From contig CAXXSM010000042.1 of NCBI GenBank assembly GCA_963663405.2, positions 1 through 64,000 of the forward strand: a stretch of 64,000 nt of DNA, read 5' to 3'. The position numbers and the translations under genes are program-made. Each line of letters begins with the position of its first letter. The first letter of the stretch is position 1. The stretch comes from a bacterium. Lineage in GTDB: Bacteria > Hinthialibacterota > Hinthialibacteria > Hinthialibacterales > Hinthialibacteraceae. Shown in pieces: positions 52,056 to 61,460 of this stretch. The notes below the pieces were generated by a model. It saw nothing but the letters and a program-made list of their open reading frames with translations. It did no database searches and was not told the origin of the DNA.

Positions 52056-53194
52056 TTTTACATATAATCTTTAAAGAGATTATTCACCGGAAATTGAATT
52101 TTCTATTAAGTCTCGCGGCGATTGGGACGGCGGTGGCGTTGTATGTGGGTTTCTTTACCACCGCGGAGGCATCGAAAAAGGAGACGGCCCGGTTGATGCG
52201 GGATTTGGGATACAGTCTGCGCATCATCGCCAATGACACCGACATGACCGAGTTTTATAACCGGGGTTATTCAGAAAAAACGCTCCCGGAAGAGTCGGTC
52301 GCTCAATTCGCCTCGCAGAGGGGGCTATCGTACGCGCATCTTCTTGGCACGATTTATCAACGAATCAATTGGCGCGGCCGTGAAGTCATTCTCACGGGCA
52401 TCTCCAATGAATTATCCCCCCCCGACCGGAATAAACCTTCCATGATTTTCACAATCGAGCAAGGGACGGTCTACCTTGGATACGAACTCGGACAGAGCCT
52501 GGGATTGAAAAAGGGAGACGAAATCGAGATTCAAGGCGAAACTTTCAAGATCGTCAATTGTCTGAATGAGAAAGGTAACATGGACGATATCCGCATCTAT
52601 GGAAACCTGAAAGATTTTCAGAAGTTGCTGAATATGGAAGGGAAAATCAACGAAATCCAAGCGCTTGATTGCGCTTGTCTCGATCCGGGCGTCGATGTTT
52701 TGGCGAAGCTTCGCGCCGAACTCAATCAATACATCCCTGGAGCAAAAGTGGTCCGGGCGCGGACGATGGCGGAAACACGCGAGAAACAGCGGTATATGCT
52801 GGAGCAATACCTGGCGATGATCTTACCCTTTGCGGCGGTGGTTTGCGCGATCTGGATCGGAGCGCTGGCGATGTTGAACGCCCGTGAACGACGGTATGAA
52901 ATCGGTGTGCTGCGAGCGCTGGGCTATAGATCGGGAAAAATCGCGGCGCTCTTTCTGGGAAAAGCGATCGTGATCGGTGTTGTGGGCGCGGGGATCGGAT
53001 TTGCGGTGGGCACATGGCTGGCGCTGACGTTCGGCCCCCAAATTTTTGAAGTGACGGCGAAGGGGATACGTCCGCTCTATTCTCTATTGACCTGGTCTCT
53101 GCTGGCCGCGCCGGCTTTCGCGGCGGTATCGTCTTTTATCCCAACAACAATCGCCGTCACGCAGGATCCGGCGGAGACGCTCCGGGACGAGTGA
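52052..53194 (+). CDS. FtsX/MacB-like ABC transporter permease
   Basis: ERRYEIGVLRALGY, DPAETLRDE, four TM segments. Confidence 0.9.
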   Translation: MILHIIFKEIIHRKLNFLLSLAAIGTAVALYVGFFTTAEASKKETARLMRDLGYSLRIIANDTDMTEFYNRGYSEKTLPEESVAQFASQRGLSYAHLLGTIYQRINWRGREVILTGISNELSPPDRNKPSMIFTIEQGTVYLGYELGQSLGLKKGDEIEIQGETFKIVNCLNEKGNMDDIRIYGNLKDFQKLLNMEGKINEIQALDCACLDPGVDVLAKLRAELNQYIPGAKVVRARTMAETREKQRYMLEQYLAMILPFAAVVCAIWIGALAMLNARERRYEIGVLRALGYRSGKIAALFLGKAIVIGVVGAGIGFAVGTWLALTFGPQIFEVTAKGIRPLYSLLTWSLLAAPAFAAVSSFIPTTIAVTQDPAETLRDE

Positions 53195-53259
53195 CGCATC
53201 TTAAATTCATCCACACTGAAAAACTTCTTCTCACGGTGACAAGATAGGATAAAAGCGGC

Positions 53260-53925
53260 ATGATCCAGTTAGAAAATGTAAGTAAAATCTACCGAACCCG
53301 AAACGGTGAACTGAAGGCGTTGGACGATGTAAGCCTGGAGGTTAAAAAGAGAGAATTCGTTGTGATTCGTGGCCCTAGTGGCAGCGGGGAAAACCTCGCT
53401 GCTGCTCGCATGCGGGGGGATGCAGCGCCCGACGATGGGGCATATCCGCGTCGATGATTCAGATCTTTATCAGATCAGCGAACGCGAACGGGCGGCGTTT
53501 CGCTCACAGAATATCGGATTTATCTTTCAGATGTTTCATTTGGTTCCCTACCTGACAGTATTAGATAACGTGCTGCTTGCCTCACAAGGGAGAAGCAAAA
53601 AAAAGAAGCCAAAGAATTGTTGGACCGGCTGGGCCTTGCCGATCGCGCTGATCATCGTCCCGCTGAACTGAGCGCGGGAGAACGGCAGCGGGCCGCAATC
53701 GCCCGCGCCTCTCTCAATCAACCCAAAATCCTTCTCGCCGATGAACCGACAGGCAATCTTGATCCGGAAAACGCTAACGAAGTAATTAGTCAATTAAGCG
53801 TTTTTCATAAAAATGGTGGTACTGTGCTGGTCGTCACACACGGCTCCATCGCCGATCAATACGCCACCCGTATTATACACTTACGCAACGGCCGTCTTGC
53901 CGATTCAATCGAAAGCAGCCACTAA
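53260..53925 (+). CDS. ABC transporter ATP-binding protein (LolD-like), two homopolymer frameshifts
   Basis: GPSGSGK(T), [25 protein letters not shown] and VVTH across three ORFs; breaks at GGGGAAAA (about 53390) and the A-run (about 53600). Confidence 0.9.
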
Positions 53926-53991
53926 TTCCAAACCGGCTTTAAACCGCCCATCCGGACATAATTCCTAATAGAAAAAAAACAAAAAAATCTA

Positions 53992-54067
53992 TTGATATCA
54001 ATTAATATTTTTGGTTTAATTAAACTCAATCGATTATGTAATAGAACATAAGACTAATAATCGATTG
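53992..54067 (+). promoter_or_regulatory. Putative sigma70 promoter with two palindromic operator-like sites
   Basis: TTGATA-17nt-TTTAAT with TGn extension. CAATCGATTA at 54027-54036 and TAATCGATTG at 54058-54067. Confidence 0.45.
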
Positions 54068-54181
54068 AAATGTGATTTATGTATTGAGCAAATGCGCATA
54101 ATGAAACCGCGTTGCATCGTTTTTTACAAATATGAATGGGATTCGGACTATCATCAAAACAGTGTTTAGGGAGAGAAAAAA

Positions 54182-57100
54182 ATGAAATCGTACGGGAATG
54201 AAGTCAACGTGAATCGGTTTAAGTGGATTTCTCGCTCGATTATTGTGGCAGTGTTTTTAACGGCGCTTTTTCTGACCGTGATTCTACCGGTCCAAAACGC
54301 GTCGGCTATCCAGGTGACTTCAGGTGTCTCATTCGCCCAGATTGAGATTGATTTTACGAATATAAAAATTCCCTATTCCAATTTCTTTTACTTTTTTACG
54401 GATATCTATTTTTTAGCGGAAACGAGTCAGCAGACCAGCGGATTTTTGAATGTGTATGCGATCGAGTGGGGCTGGGTCGTGCAGAACCTTCCAGTGGATG
54501 TCAATTGGGGATTGGAAGGTCTCAGTGTCATGTTCAGTATGGATATGGGGAATTATGAAGTAGATATGATCCAAGCGATTGTTGAATATACGCCCGATCC
54601 AATGGAAAGTTTTTCTCCCGATCCAATTGAGTATACTCCGGATGATTTTTATTTATGGAAACCGCCGGTTGTCTTCAATGCGGAAGGCCGGAACGCGGAA
54701 CGATCCGGGGCCACAGGGATTGCGGGAATCGATCTCTCCGCTCTCTCGTTTCTCGGAAACACTGCGATCACGATGCAAACCGGCCATCAAAATATTGAAC
54801 AAGATAAAAATCAATGCGGCCCCGCGTCGGTCGCTAACAGTCTGCAATGGCTTGAAGACCAGGGAGACATCAATGTGATGGATGTACATAGACCGGGAGT
54901 TGGAGATGAAATCAGTGATGTCACGACACCCGCGATCGTCGAAAAATTGGATAAAGCGATGAATCGCGGGAAAGGAGAAACTGTCTCTGACACCAATTTC
55001 ATCAATGGGAAACTCAAATACCTCTCCGAAAATGGTTTGGGTGATAAGTTAAACATTAAGCACAAGTGGCCGGGCAACTTTGGAGGGCCGATGAAAACCG
55101 GCGACGCCACCTATACACCTCCAGGTGGAGGCGCACCAGTCACGTCCAAACGGGATACAAGCGACAAAACTCTGGCGGAATGGATCGAGCAAGAATTGAA
55201 AGATGGGGAAGACGTCGAACTAGCCATCGGCTGGGACGATGGCGGCGGTCACTGGGTGCGCGTTATTGGAGGAGGAACGATTCTTGGTGAACCTTTCATT
55301 ATTTTCATGCACGACGCCAAGCAAAAAGAAGAGGGTGGAATCTGTTGGGGGACCGGTGGTTTTGGCTTCTCTTGGCTGAAAGACAATAAATTCAAGAATC
55401 TTGTCGGTGGCGAAACCGCTCCCGGTGGAACCGCCGATGGCGCTGTCTCTGAATCGAAAAAAGAAGAACCCGAACCGACTACGGCGCCAACAGAAGCGCC
55501 CACCAAGGAGCCGACTGAAGTGCCTACTAAGGTACCTACAGAGATTCCAACCGAAGTACCGACTGAAGTTCCAACTGAAATACCAACGGAAATACCAACG
55601 GAAATACCAACGGAAATACCAACGGAAATTCCGACCGAGGAACCTACAAGGGAACCACCGACAGTCATTCCCCCAACGATTACGCCAACCGATAGGGTAA
55701 CGATACCCCCAACAATTACCCCCACGGACCGGCCAACAATTCCACCAACGATCACACCTACGGACCGGCCAGCGATTCCACCAACGATCACACCCACGGA
55801 CCGGCCGACGATTCCATGGCCAACGATTACCCCGACAGGCCGGCCAACGATCCCAGCGACGATCACACCGACTGATCGTCCGACGATTCCATGGCCAACG
55901 ATTACCCCGACAGATCGGCCGACGATTCCTCCGACGAAGCCACCCACAAGGCCGCCGACGAATACACCAACTCCGACGCCGACGAGTAAGGATCCATCGG
56001 AAATCCCATGCCCGATTTATTTCAGTATCGAGGAACCATTCACGCTGCCATTCGGCGGGAATCATGGAGATATTCTGGTTCACAATCCATACACGGTCCC
56101 ATATGTCCTTCCAGGTGGCGCGCATCATAATCTGATTAAAGAATTCCTAACCGTTACGGACCGGAATCATGGACTCGATGGATTTGATATTATTGAATTG
56201 GATCAGTCTAATGTCATTGATGAAAACCAGTTGAATCATAAGATCATCTTCACGATCGAGGATCGATTCGTCGTCAATAATAACCGGCATCCTCTTTTTG
56301 GATCGATTGTGACGGATGGTGATTTGCTCCTGACTAACGGCGGAATTATTCGTAACCAGGCGTTGATCGGTCCATTGGATCTGCTCAACGAAAACGATCA
56401 AGAGATCCCCACGATTGGGATCGACGCGCTGGAAGTCGAAGGGCTTTTGGAAGGATTCGACGTGCTGGATCATCAGGTCATAACTGATTTGACGCAGATC
56501 CCCCGGCTTACGGGATTGAATCAGATCCATATTTTCTTCTCGTTCGAGGAGATCAATGATGAATTGATCGCGGGCGCAGGGAGTCTCCTCCCACCGGGGA
56601 CACTCGTCAGCGCTGACGATATCATCATGATGATTATCACCCCCGGTGGCCTCTCCGCCCGAATCAGCCGTTCGGGCGCCGATGGCGTTCCTGATCCGGC
56701 CTTGAATATCATCATTCCATTTGAAGTGGAAGGGAATATGGGACTTGATGCGGCGGCGACATGTTTGGATGAAGCGCTTCTCTCGATTCCCAATATTATT
56801 GAATTGTACTTTTCCACCTCACTCGATGACAATACGATCCCGGTTGAATTCGAACATGGAGACGTGCTGCTGAATAATATCAGCATCCCCGAAAGTAAAG
56901 TATTTTTAAAGAACTACGCTCTAACGAAAGATGACAGTGAGGATTGGGGTTTGGATGGGCTCGATCTCTATCCAGAAGAAATCACACCACCGCCGCCAAC
57001 GCCTGTTTTCACGGACACGCCAGCGCCCCCAACGAAGGTTCCAACCCGCGTTCCGACAAAGGTCCCAACGCGGCGGCCTTTAGACATTCCGCTCAATACC

Positions 57101-58600
57101 GTCGTTGTCACGGATTCCATTTCGGATATTGCCGATTTGAGCAATGGATTTGATTACGATACACCGGATAACCGCGAACTGGTGATTCAGTGGAATAACT
57201 TGGTCGACAACGTTGAGCAGTATCATGTGTATGTTCGTGTTGATGGCGCGAGTAAAATTGAATATTTAGGCCGGGTCAACAATCCAGCCACTCCGTACCT
57301 GCGTTGGTATGAAAATGGAACGGGTATCGCGCCCGATTTCCGTGACGGCCCGCAATTCGGCCATAAATATGATTTTGTTGTGTTTATTCTCGCCGCCAGT
57401 GGGGATACGCGCATACTCAACCGGTTGACCAACGCCGGTCCGGTTGATTTTCAACCTCTGATCGAACAGAACAAAGTGATTGTCACCGATTCGATGGAGA
57501 CCTATCAGGACTTAAGCAATCTGTTTGATATTGATTCATCCAGTAATCGTGAATTGGTGATTCGTTGGAATCTAATGGAACCAGACGCGGCGGACTATCA
57601 TGTCTACGTCCAAACCGATGCGTCTAGAGGCCGTTTCTATCTGGGACGTTCGGGTGATCCATCCAGAGAATATCTGCGTTGGAGCCAAGGCGCGCCCCGG
57701 ATCGCGTCCGCGTACGCCGATGGCCCTCAATTTGGTCACTCGTATAAGTTCTTTGTGTATATCATCACGAAAAGCGGGAATCCACGTGTGATCGGTCCCA
57801 TCGCCAATGACGGCCCTGTTGATTTCATTCCATTGATCGTAACCGACCGGATGATTGTCACCGACTCGATTGTAACGAGTGTGGATTTGAGCAACGGTTC
57901 TGATTTCGACGATCCAGATGAACGGGAACTGGCCATTCAATGGAACAAAACGCTCCAGGAGGTGAAGGACTATCACTTCTACGTCAGCGTCGACGGCGGG
58001 GCGAGGACGTACCTGGGACGCACAGGTAGCGGGGAGAAAACCTATTTCCGCTGGAAAGAAGGCGCGCCGAATATCGCGTCTGGATTTACCGCTGGACCGC
58101 AGTTCGGTCATCGTTACCGGTTCTTCGTCTTCGCGCTTCGCGAGGCGGATTCCAATCTGCCGAGAGTGGCGGGGCCATTTACACACGCTGGGCCCGTTGA
58201 TTTCTTGTCATCGATCGTGATTGTTCCCGATAACAAAGTGATTGTGACGGATGATATTACATCCTCCATCGATTTGAGCAACGATATTGATTATGACAAT
58301 GAAAACGAACGGGAATTGGCGATCCTTTGGAATCTGCCTTATAGTGATGTGAATTCCTACCATGTATATGTTCAAATCGACGGCCAGCCGGGCCGGAATT
58401 ATTTAGGCCGAACGGTGGATGGAAACCAACACTACCTGCGTTGGCGGGCGGACGAACCACGATTAAATTCGGCCTACGCAGACGGCCCGGACTTCCGGCA
58501 CACATATCGATTCTATATCTTCATCCTTCGCAGCTCTGGTTCTCCACTGATCGCTGGACCTGTAACACACGATGGCCCGGTCACCTATTTAGAAGAATAA
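54182..58600 (+). CDS. Large secreted modular protein: papain/C39-like Cys-peptidase domain, Pro/Thr linker, repeat domain and four C-terminal repeats of about 125 aa
   Basis: EQDKNQCGPAS...GGHWV...MHD. PTEI and IPPTITPTDRPT repeats. Four VTD...DLSN...REL...YHVYV...YLGR...GPQFGH repeats. Confidence 0.8.
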   Translation: MKSYGNEVNVNRFKWISRSIIVAVFLTALFLTVILPVQNASAIQVTSGVSFAQIEIDFTNIKIPYSNFFYFFTDIYFLAETSQQTSGFLNVYAIEWGWVVQNLPVDVNWGLEGLSVMFSMDMGNYEVDMIQAIVEYTPDPMESFSPDPIEYTPDDFYLWKPPVVFNAEGRNAERSGATGIAGIDLSALSFLGNTAITMQTGHQNIEQDKNQCGPASVANSLQWLEDQGDINVMDVHRPGVGDEISDVTTPAIVEKLDKAMNRGKGETVSDTNFINGKLKYLSENGLGDKLNIKHKWPGNFGGPMKTGDATYTPPGGGAPVTSKRDTSDKTLAEWIEQELKDGEDVELAIGWDDGGGHWVRVIGGGTILGEPFIIFMHDAKQKEEGGICWGTGGFGFSWLKDNKFKNLVGGETAPGGTADGAVSESKKEEPEPTTAPTEAPTKEPTEVPTKVPTEIPTEVPTEVPTEIPTEIPTEIPTEIPTEIPTEEPTREPPTVIPPTITPTDRVTIPPTITPTDRPTIPPTITPTDRPAIPPTITPTDRPTIPWPTITPTGRPTIPATITPTDRPTIPWPTITPTDRPTIPPTKPPTRPPTNTPTPTPTSKDPSEIPCPIYFSIEEPFTLPFGGNHGDILVHNPYTVPYVLPGGAHHNLIKEFLTVTDRNHGLDGFDIIELDQSNVIDENQLNHKIIFTIEDRFVVNNNRHPLFGSIVTDGDLLLTNGGIIRNQALIGPLDLLNENDQEIPTIGIDALEVEGLLEGFDVLDHQVITDLTQIPRLTGLNQIHIFFSFEEINDELIAGAGSLLPPGTLVSADDIIMMIITPGGLSARISRSGADGVPDPALNIIIPFEVEGNMGLDAAATCLDEALLSIPNIIELYFSTSLDDNTIPVEFEHGDVLLNNISIPESKVFLKNYALTKDDSEDWGLDGLDLYPEEITPPPPTPVFTDTPAPPTKVPTRVPTKVPTRRPLDIPLNTVVVTDSISDIADLSNGFDYDTPDNRELVIQWNNLVDNVEQYHVYVRVDGASKIEYLGRVNNPATPYLRWYENGTGIAPDFRDGPQFGHKYDFVVFILAASGDTRILNRLTNAGPVDFQPLIEQNKVIVTDSMETYQDLSNLFDIDSSSNRELVIRWNLMEPDAADYHVYVQTDASRGRFYLGRSGDPSREYLRWSQGAPRIASAYADGPQFGHSYKFFVYIITKSGNPRVIGPIANDGPVDFIPLIVTDRMIVTDSIVTSVDLSNGSDFDDPDERELAIQWNKTLQEVKDYHFYVSVDGGARTYLGRTGSGEKTYFRWKEGAPNIASGFTAGPQFGHRYRFFVFALREADSNLPRVAGPFTHAGPVDFLSSIVIVPDNKVIVTDDITSSIDLSNDIDYDNENERELAILWNLPYSDVNSYHVYVQIDGQPGRNYLGRTVDGNQHYLRWRADEPRLNSAYADGPDFRHTYRFYIFILRSSGSPLIAGPVTHDGPVTYLEE
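55480..55985 (+). repeat. Coding tandem repeats (12-nt PTE[IV] and about 36-nt IPPTITPTDRPT)
   Basis: GAAATACCAACG x4 perfect at 55577-55624; the rest degenerate. Confidence 0.9.
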
Positions 58601-58624
58601 CTCCACAACAGGGGAGAGGAGAAT

Positions 58625-58665
58625 AAGAAGAGACGGTCATCCCCGGCCGTCTCTTCTTTGCTTTT
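58625..58665 (+). terminator. Intrinsic terminator, likely bidirectional
   Basis: AAGAAGAGACGG...CCGTCTCTTCTT followed by a T-rich tail. Confidence 0.75.
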
Positions 58666-58768
58666 GTGGCTTTTAAATGTGTGTTATAAAAAATACGATT
58701 TAGTTCCAGGCCAATCCTAAAGAACAATCCGCCGGTTGGAGACCAAAGAAACACCTTCAGTCTTCAAC

Positions 58769-59899
58769 CTATACCCCTAAAAAATCAAAGATTTTTTCAA
58801 CGATTGTTTCTTGTTCCTCCAATGTCAGCCGGTTATAAAAAGGCAGCCGCACGATGCGGTCCGCGACAGATTCCGTAATGGGGAGGCGGTTTTGTACGCC
58901 GATCCGTTTCGCGTAGGGTGATTGGTGTAGTGGGGTGAAATGAAATACCGCCTGGACACCTTCCTTTCGAAGATGCGTTAATAAATCCGCTCTTGTCTGC
59001 GGTTTATCAACAAGGAAATAGTAGAGGTGATGATTCACCAAACAACCATCAGGAATCCGCATAGGTTGAATAAGCCCACGGTCCGTTAAGGGTTGAAGAA
59101 GCCGATCATAATTTTCATGGATCGCTTTCCGTTTTGCGATAATCGTATCCCGCGCCTGAAATTGCCCATACAAAAACGCCCCAATCAGAGCGCTGGGCAG
59201 AAAGGATGAACCAAGTTCCACCCAGGAATAGCGATCCACTTCCCCCCGGAAAAACGCTGTACGGTTCGTGCCTTTTTCAATCAAAATCTCAACAGCGGGG
59301 ATATCGTCTTCGTTGTTCAGAACAATCGCGCCGCCTTCACCCGCAGTGAATGTTTTTGTTTCATGAAAACTGTAACACCCGATATCTCCAATAGCGCCTA
59401 AGTATTTCCCTTTATAGGAGGCTAAAAAACCATGCGCCGCGTCTTCAATGACGCGCAGGGAATGTTGGTTTGCGATTTGATTGATACGTTTCATTTCGCA
59501 GGCGACGCCCGCGTAATGGACGGGCACAATCGCTTTCGTCCTTTCAGTAATGAGCGATTCGATCTGTTTTTCATCCATATTCAACGTGTCAGACCGGATA
59601 TCTACAAATACCGGCTTCGCTCCCCGCAGACAGAACGCCGTGGCTGTTGAAACATAGGTGAACGAAGGCATGATAATTTCATCACCGCTCTGTATACCAT
59701 ACAGAAGAGCCGCCAGTTCCATCGCGTCTGTGCAGGAAGCGGTTAAAAACACTTTCTTGGCGCCGATTGTCTCCGCGATCTCATCTCCGCAAAGGCGGTT
59801 AAAATCTCCATCCCCCCCAATCTTTCCCGATTGAATCGCCTGCAGGATATATTCAACCTCTTTCCCTTCTACGCTGGGTTTATTAAATGGTATCTCCAT
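58769..59899 (-). CDS. rffA: dTDP-4-amino-4,6-dideoxygalactose transaminase (DegT/DnrJ/EryC1/StrS)
   Basis: SCTDAME, VPVHYAGVACEM, SFHETK, GEGG and EKGTNRTAFFRGEVDRYSW, typical of WecE/RffA. Confidence 0.9.
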   Translation of the reverse strand: MEIPFNKPSVEGKEVEYILQAIQSGKIGGDGDFNRLCGDEIAETIGAKKVFLTASCTDAMELAALLYGIQSGDEIIMPSFTYVSTATAFCLRGAKPVFVDIRSDTLNMDEKQIESLITERTKAIVPVHYAGVACEMKRINQIANQHSLRVIEDAAHGFLASYKGKYLGAIGDIGCYSFHETKTFTAGEGGAIVLNNEDDIPAVEILIEKGTNRTAFFRGEVDRYSWVELGSSFLPSALIGAFLYGQFQARDTIIAKRKAIHENYDRLLQPLTDRGLIQPMRIPDGCLVNHHLYYFLVDKPQTRADLLTHLRKEGVQAVFHFTPLHQSPYAKRIGVQNRLPITESVADRIVRLPFYNRLTLEEQETIVEKIFDFLGV

Positions 59900-60134
59900 C
59901 AGTTTTATACTTTCTTAAGATTCATCCAATAATTTTATATTTCTTTGGATGGATTCTTTTTTCGATAATTTTGCGCGCTTCGCAATTAAAAAAGAGAACG
60001 GACATCTTCTATTTGAAATATAGAGCGGTCAAAATTCTTTCAAAGGCTTCCAAGTGAGTCCACCTCCCATGCCCAATCCAATAAATTGGAATACAATACA
60101 TTAAATTCATTCCAGAGGAGTCGGATAAACTATC

Positions 60135-61412
60135 ATGAAAAAGAATACGATCTCACGCCGCCGCTTTCTGAGCCAGGCCGCGCGATACACTGGCGCGGCG
60201 GCGGTTTTCACAATTGTTCCCCGGAGCGTTCTCGCCGCATCGGGATCTATCGCCCCCAGCGACACGTTAACGAAGGCGGTCGTCGGCGTCGGCGGTATGG
60301 GAACCGGGCATCTTCGATATCAAGGCTCGAAACTGTTGGCTGTTTGTGATGTAGATGAAAATCATTTACAGCGAGCGCTTGATCGCACGGATGACGACGT
60401 CAAAGGCTACAAGGATTTCCGTGAAGTGCTCGAACGGCCGGACATCGATATCATTCACATCCCCACGCCCCCTCATTGGCACGCTCTGATCTCCATCGCC
60501 GCCGCTGAAGCGGGGAAAGATATCTGGTGTGAAAAACCGATGTCCCGCACGATCGGTGAAGGCAAAAAAGTTGTCGAAGCCGTCCAACGAAACGGGCGGA
60601 TTTTCCGGATCAATACCTGGTTCCGTTTTAAAGATTCGTTCTATGGTTTCAACACCCCGGTCAAACCGATCCGGAAGCTGGTTGAAAGCGGGATGCTGGG
60701 TTGGCCGTTGAAAGCGACGATTAATGGACATACCGGCTTCGATTGGAAATTTTATTGGAGCGGCCGGATCGATTTAAAACCGGAACCGGTTCCAGAACAG
60801 CTTGATTACGATTTCTGGCTTGGACCAGCTCCCTATAAACCTTACCATCCACATCGGACACATGGAACTTTCCGGGGTTACTGGGATTATGATGGAGGCG
60901 GCCTGGGCGATATGGGACAGCATTACCTCGATCCAGTCCAGTACATTCTCGGTAAAGATGACACCAGCCCTGTCCAGATCGAAGTGGACGCGCCGCAACA
61001 ACACCCCGACGCCGTCAGTTCCTGGCGCCGGATCACTCTTCGATACGCCGACGGTTGTCAGATCATTCTCGATGGGGAGAACAAAGAGAAAAACGCCGCT
61101 TTTCTCGAAGGCCCCGAAGGGAAATTGTATAAAGGCTTTGAATCGGACATACCAAAAATAAAAGAGAAACTGGCTGCGTTCCCCGATCCGGAACCCCAAT
61201 TGACAGATTTCAGCGAAGCCGTAAGAACCCGCCGGAAATTCGCTTTGGACGAAGTGAAAGCGCATCGTTCCTGCACACTTGTCAATCTTGGAAAAATCGC
61301 GGTTCGTCTGGGACGAGACCTGCAATATGATCCGGATCAGCAGCGGTTTATCGGCGATGAAGCCGCCAACCGTCTGATCGATCAACCCATGCGCGCGCCT
61401 TGGTATATATAA
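60135..61412 (+). CDS. Gfo/Idh/MocA family oxidoreductase, Tat-exported
   Basis: SRRRFL, GVGGMG, TPPHWH, WCEKP, WLGPAP and DMGQH. Confidence 0.93.
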   Translation: MKKNTISRRRFLSQAARYTGAAAVFTIVPRSVLAASGSIAPSDTLTKAVVGVGGMGTGHLRYQGSKLLAVCDVDENHLQRALDRTDDDVKGYKDFREVLERPDIDIIHIPTPPHWHALISIAAAEAGKDIWCEKPMSRTIGEGKKVVEAVQRNGRIFRINTWFRFKDSFYGFNTPVKPIRKLVESGMLGWPLKATINGHTGFDWKFYWSGRIDLKPEPVPEQLDYDFWLGPAPYKPYHPHRTHGTFRGYWDYDGGGLGDMGQHYLDPVQYILGKDDTSPVQIEVDAPQQHPDAVSSWRRITLRYADGCQIILDGENKEKNAAFLEGPEGKLYKGFESDIPKIKEKLAAFPDPEPQLTDFSEAVRTRRKFALDEVKAHRSCTLVNLGKIAVRLGRDLQYDPDQQRFIGDEAANRLIDQPMRAPWYI

Positions 61413-61460
61413 CGTGAATCCCAGCCGAATTCGGCGTACTGAACTTTTGGAGATATAGAA

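Noticed and set aside
5409-53925. Numerous frameshifts (SSS, hydrolase, sulfatase, FAD oxidoreductase, ABC ATPase, cassette 1) as phase variation or programmed recoding
   Set aside because: They are single-base indels, many in short homopolymers, spread over unrelated conserved genes, most simply long-read assembly errors. Only prfB has a canonical recoding signal.
55220-56128. Long minus-strand ORFs (302 and 232 aa) and a CRISPR-like periodic look
   Set aside because: Antisense shadows of the Pro/Thr coding repeats. There are no unique spacers or cas genes.
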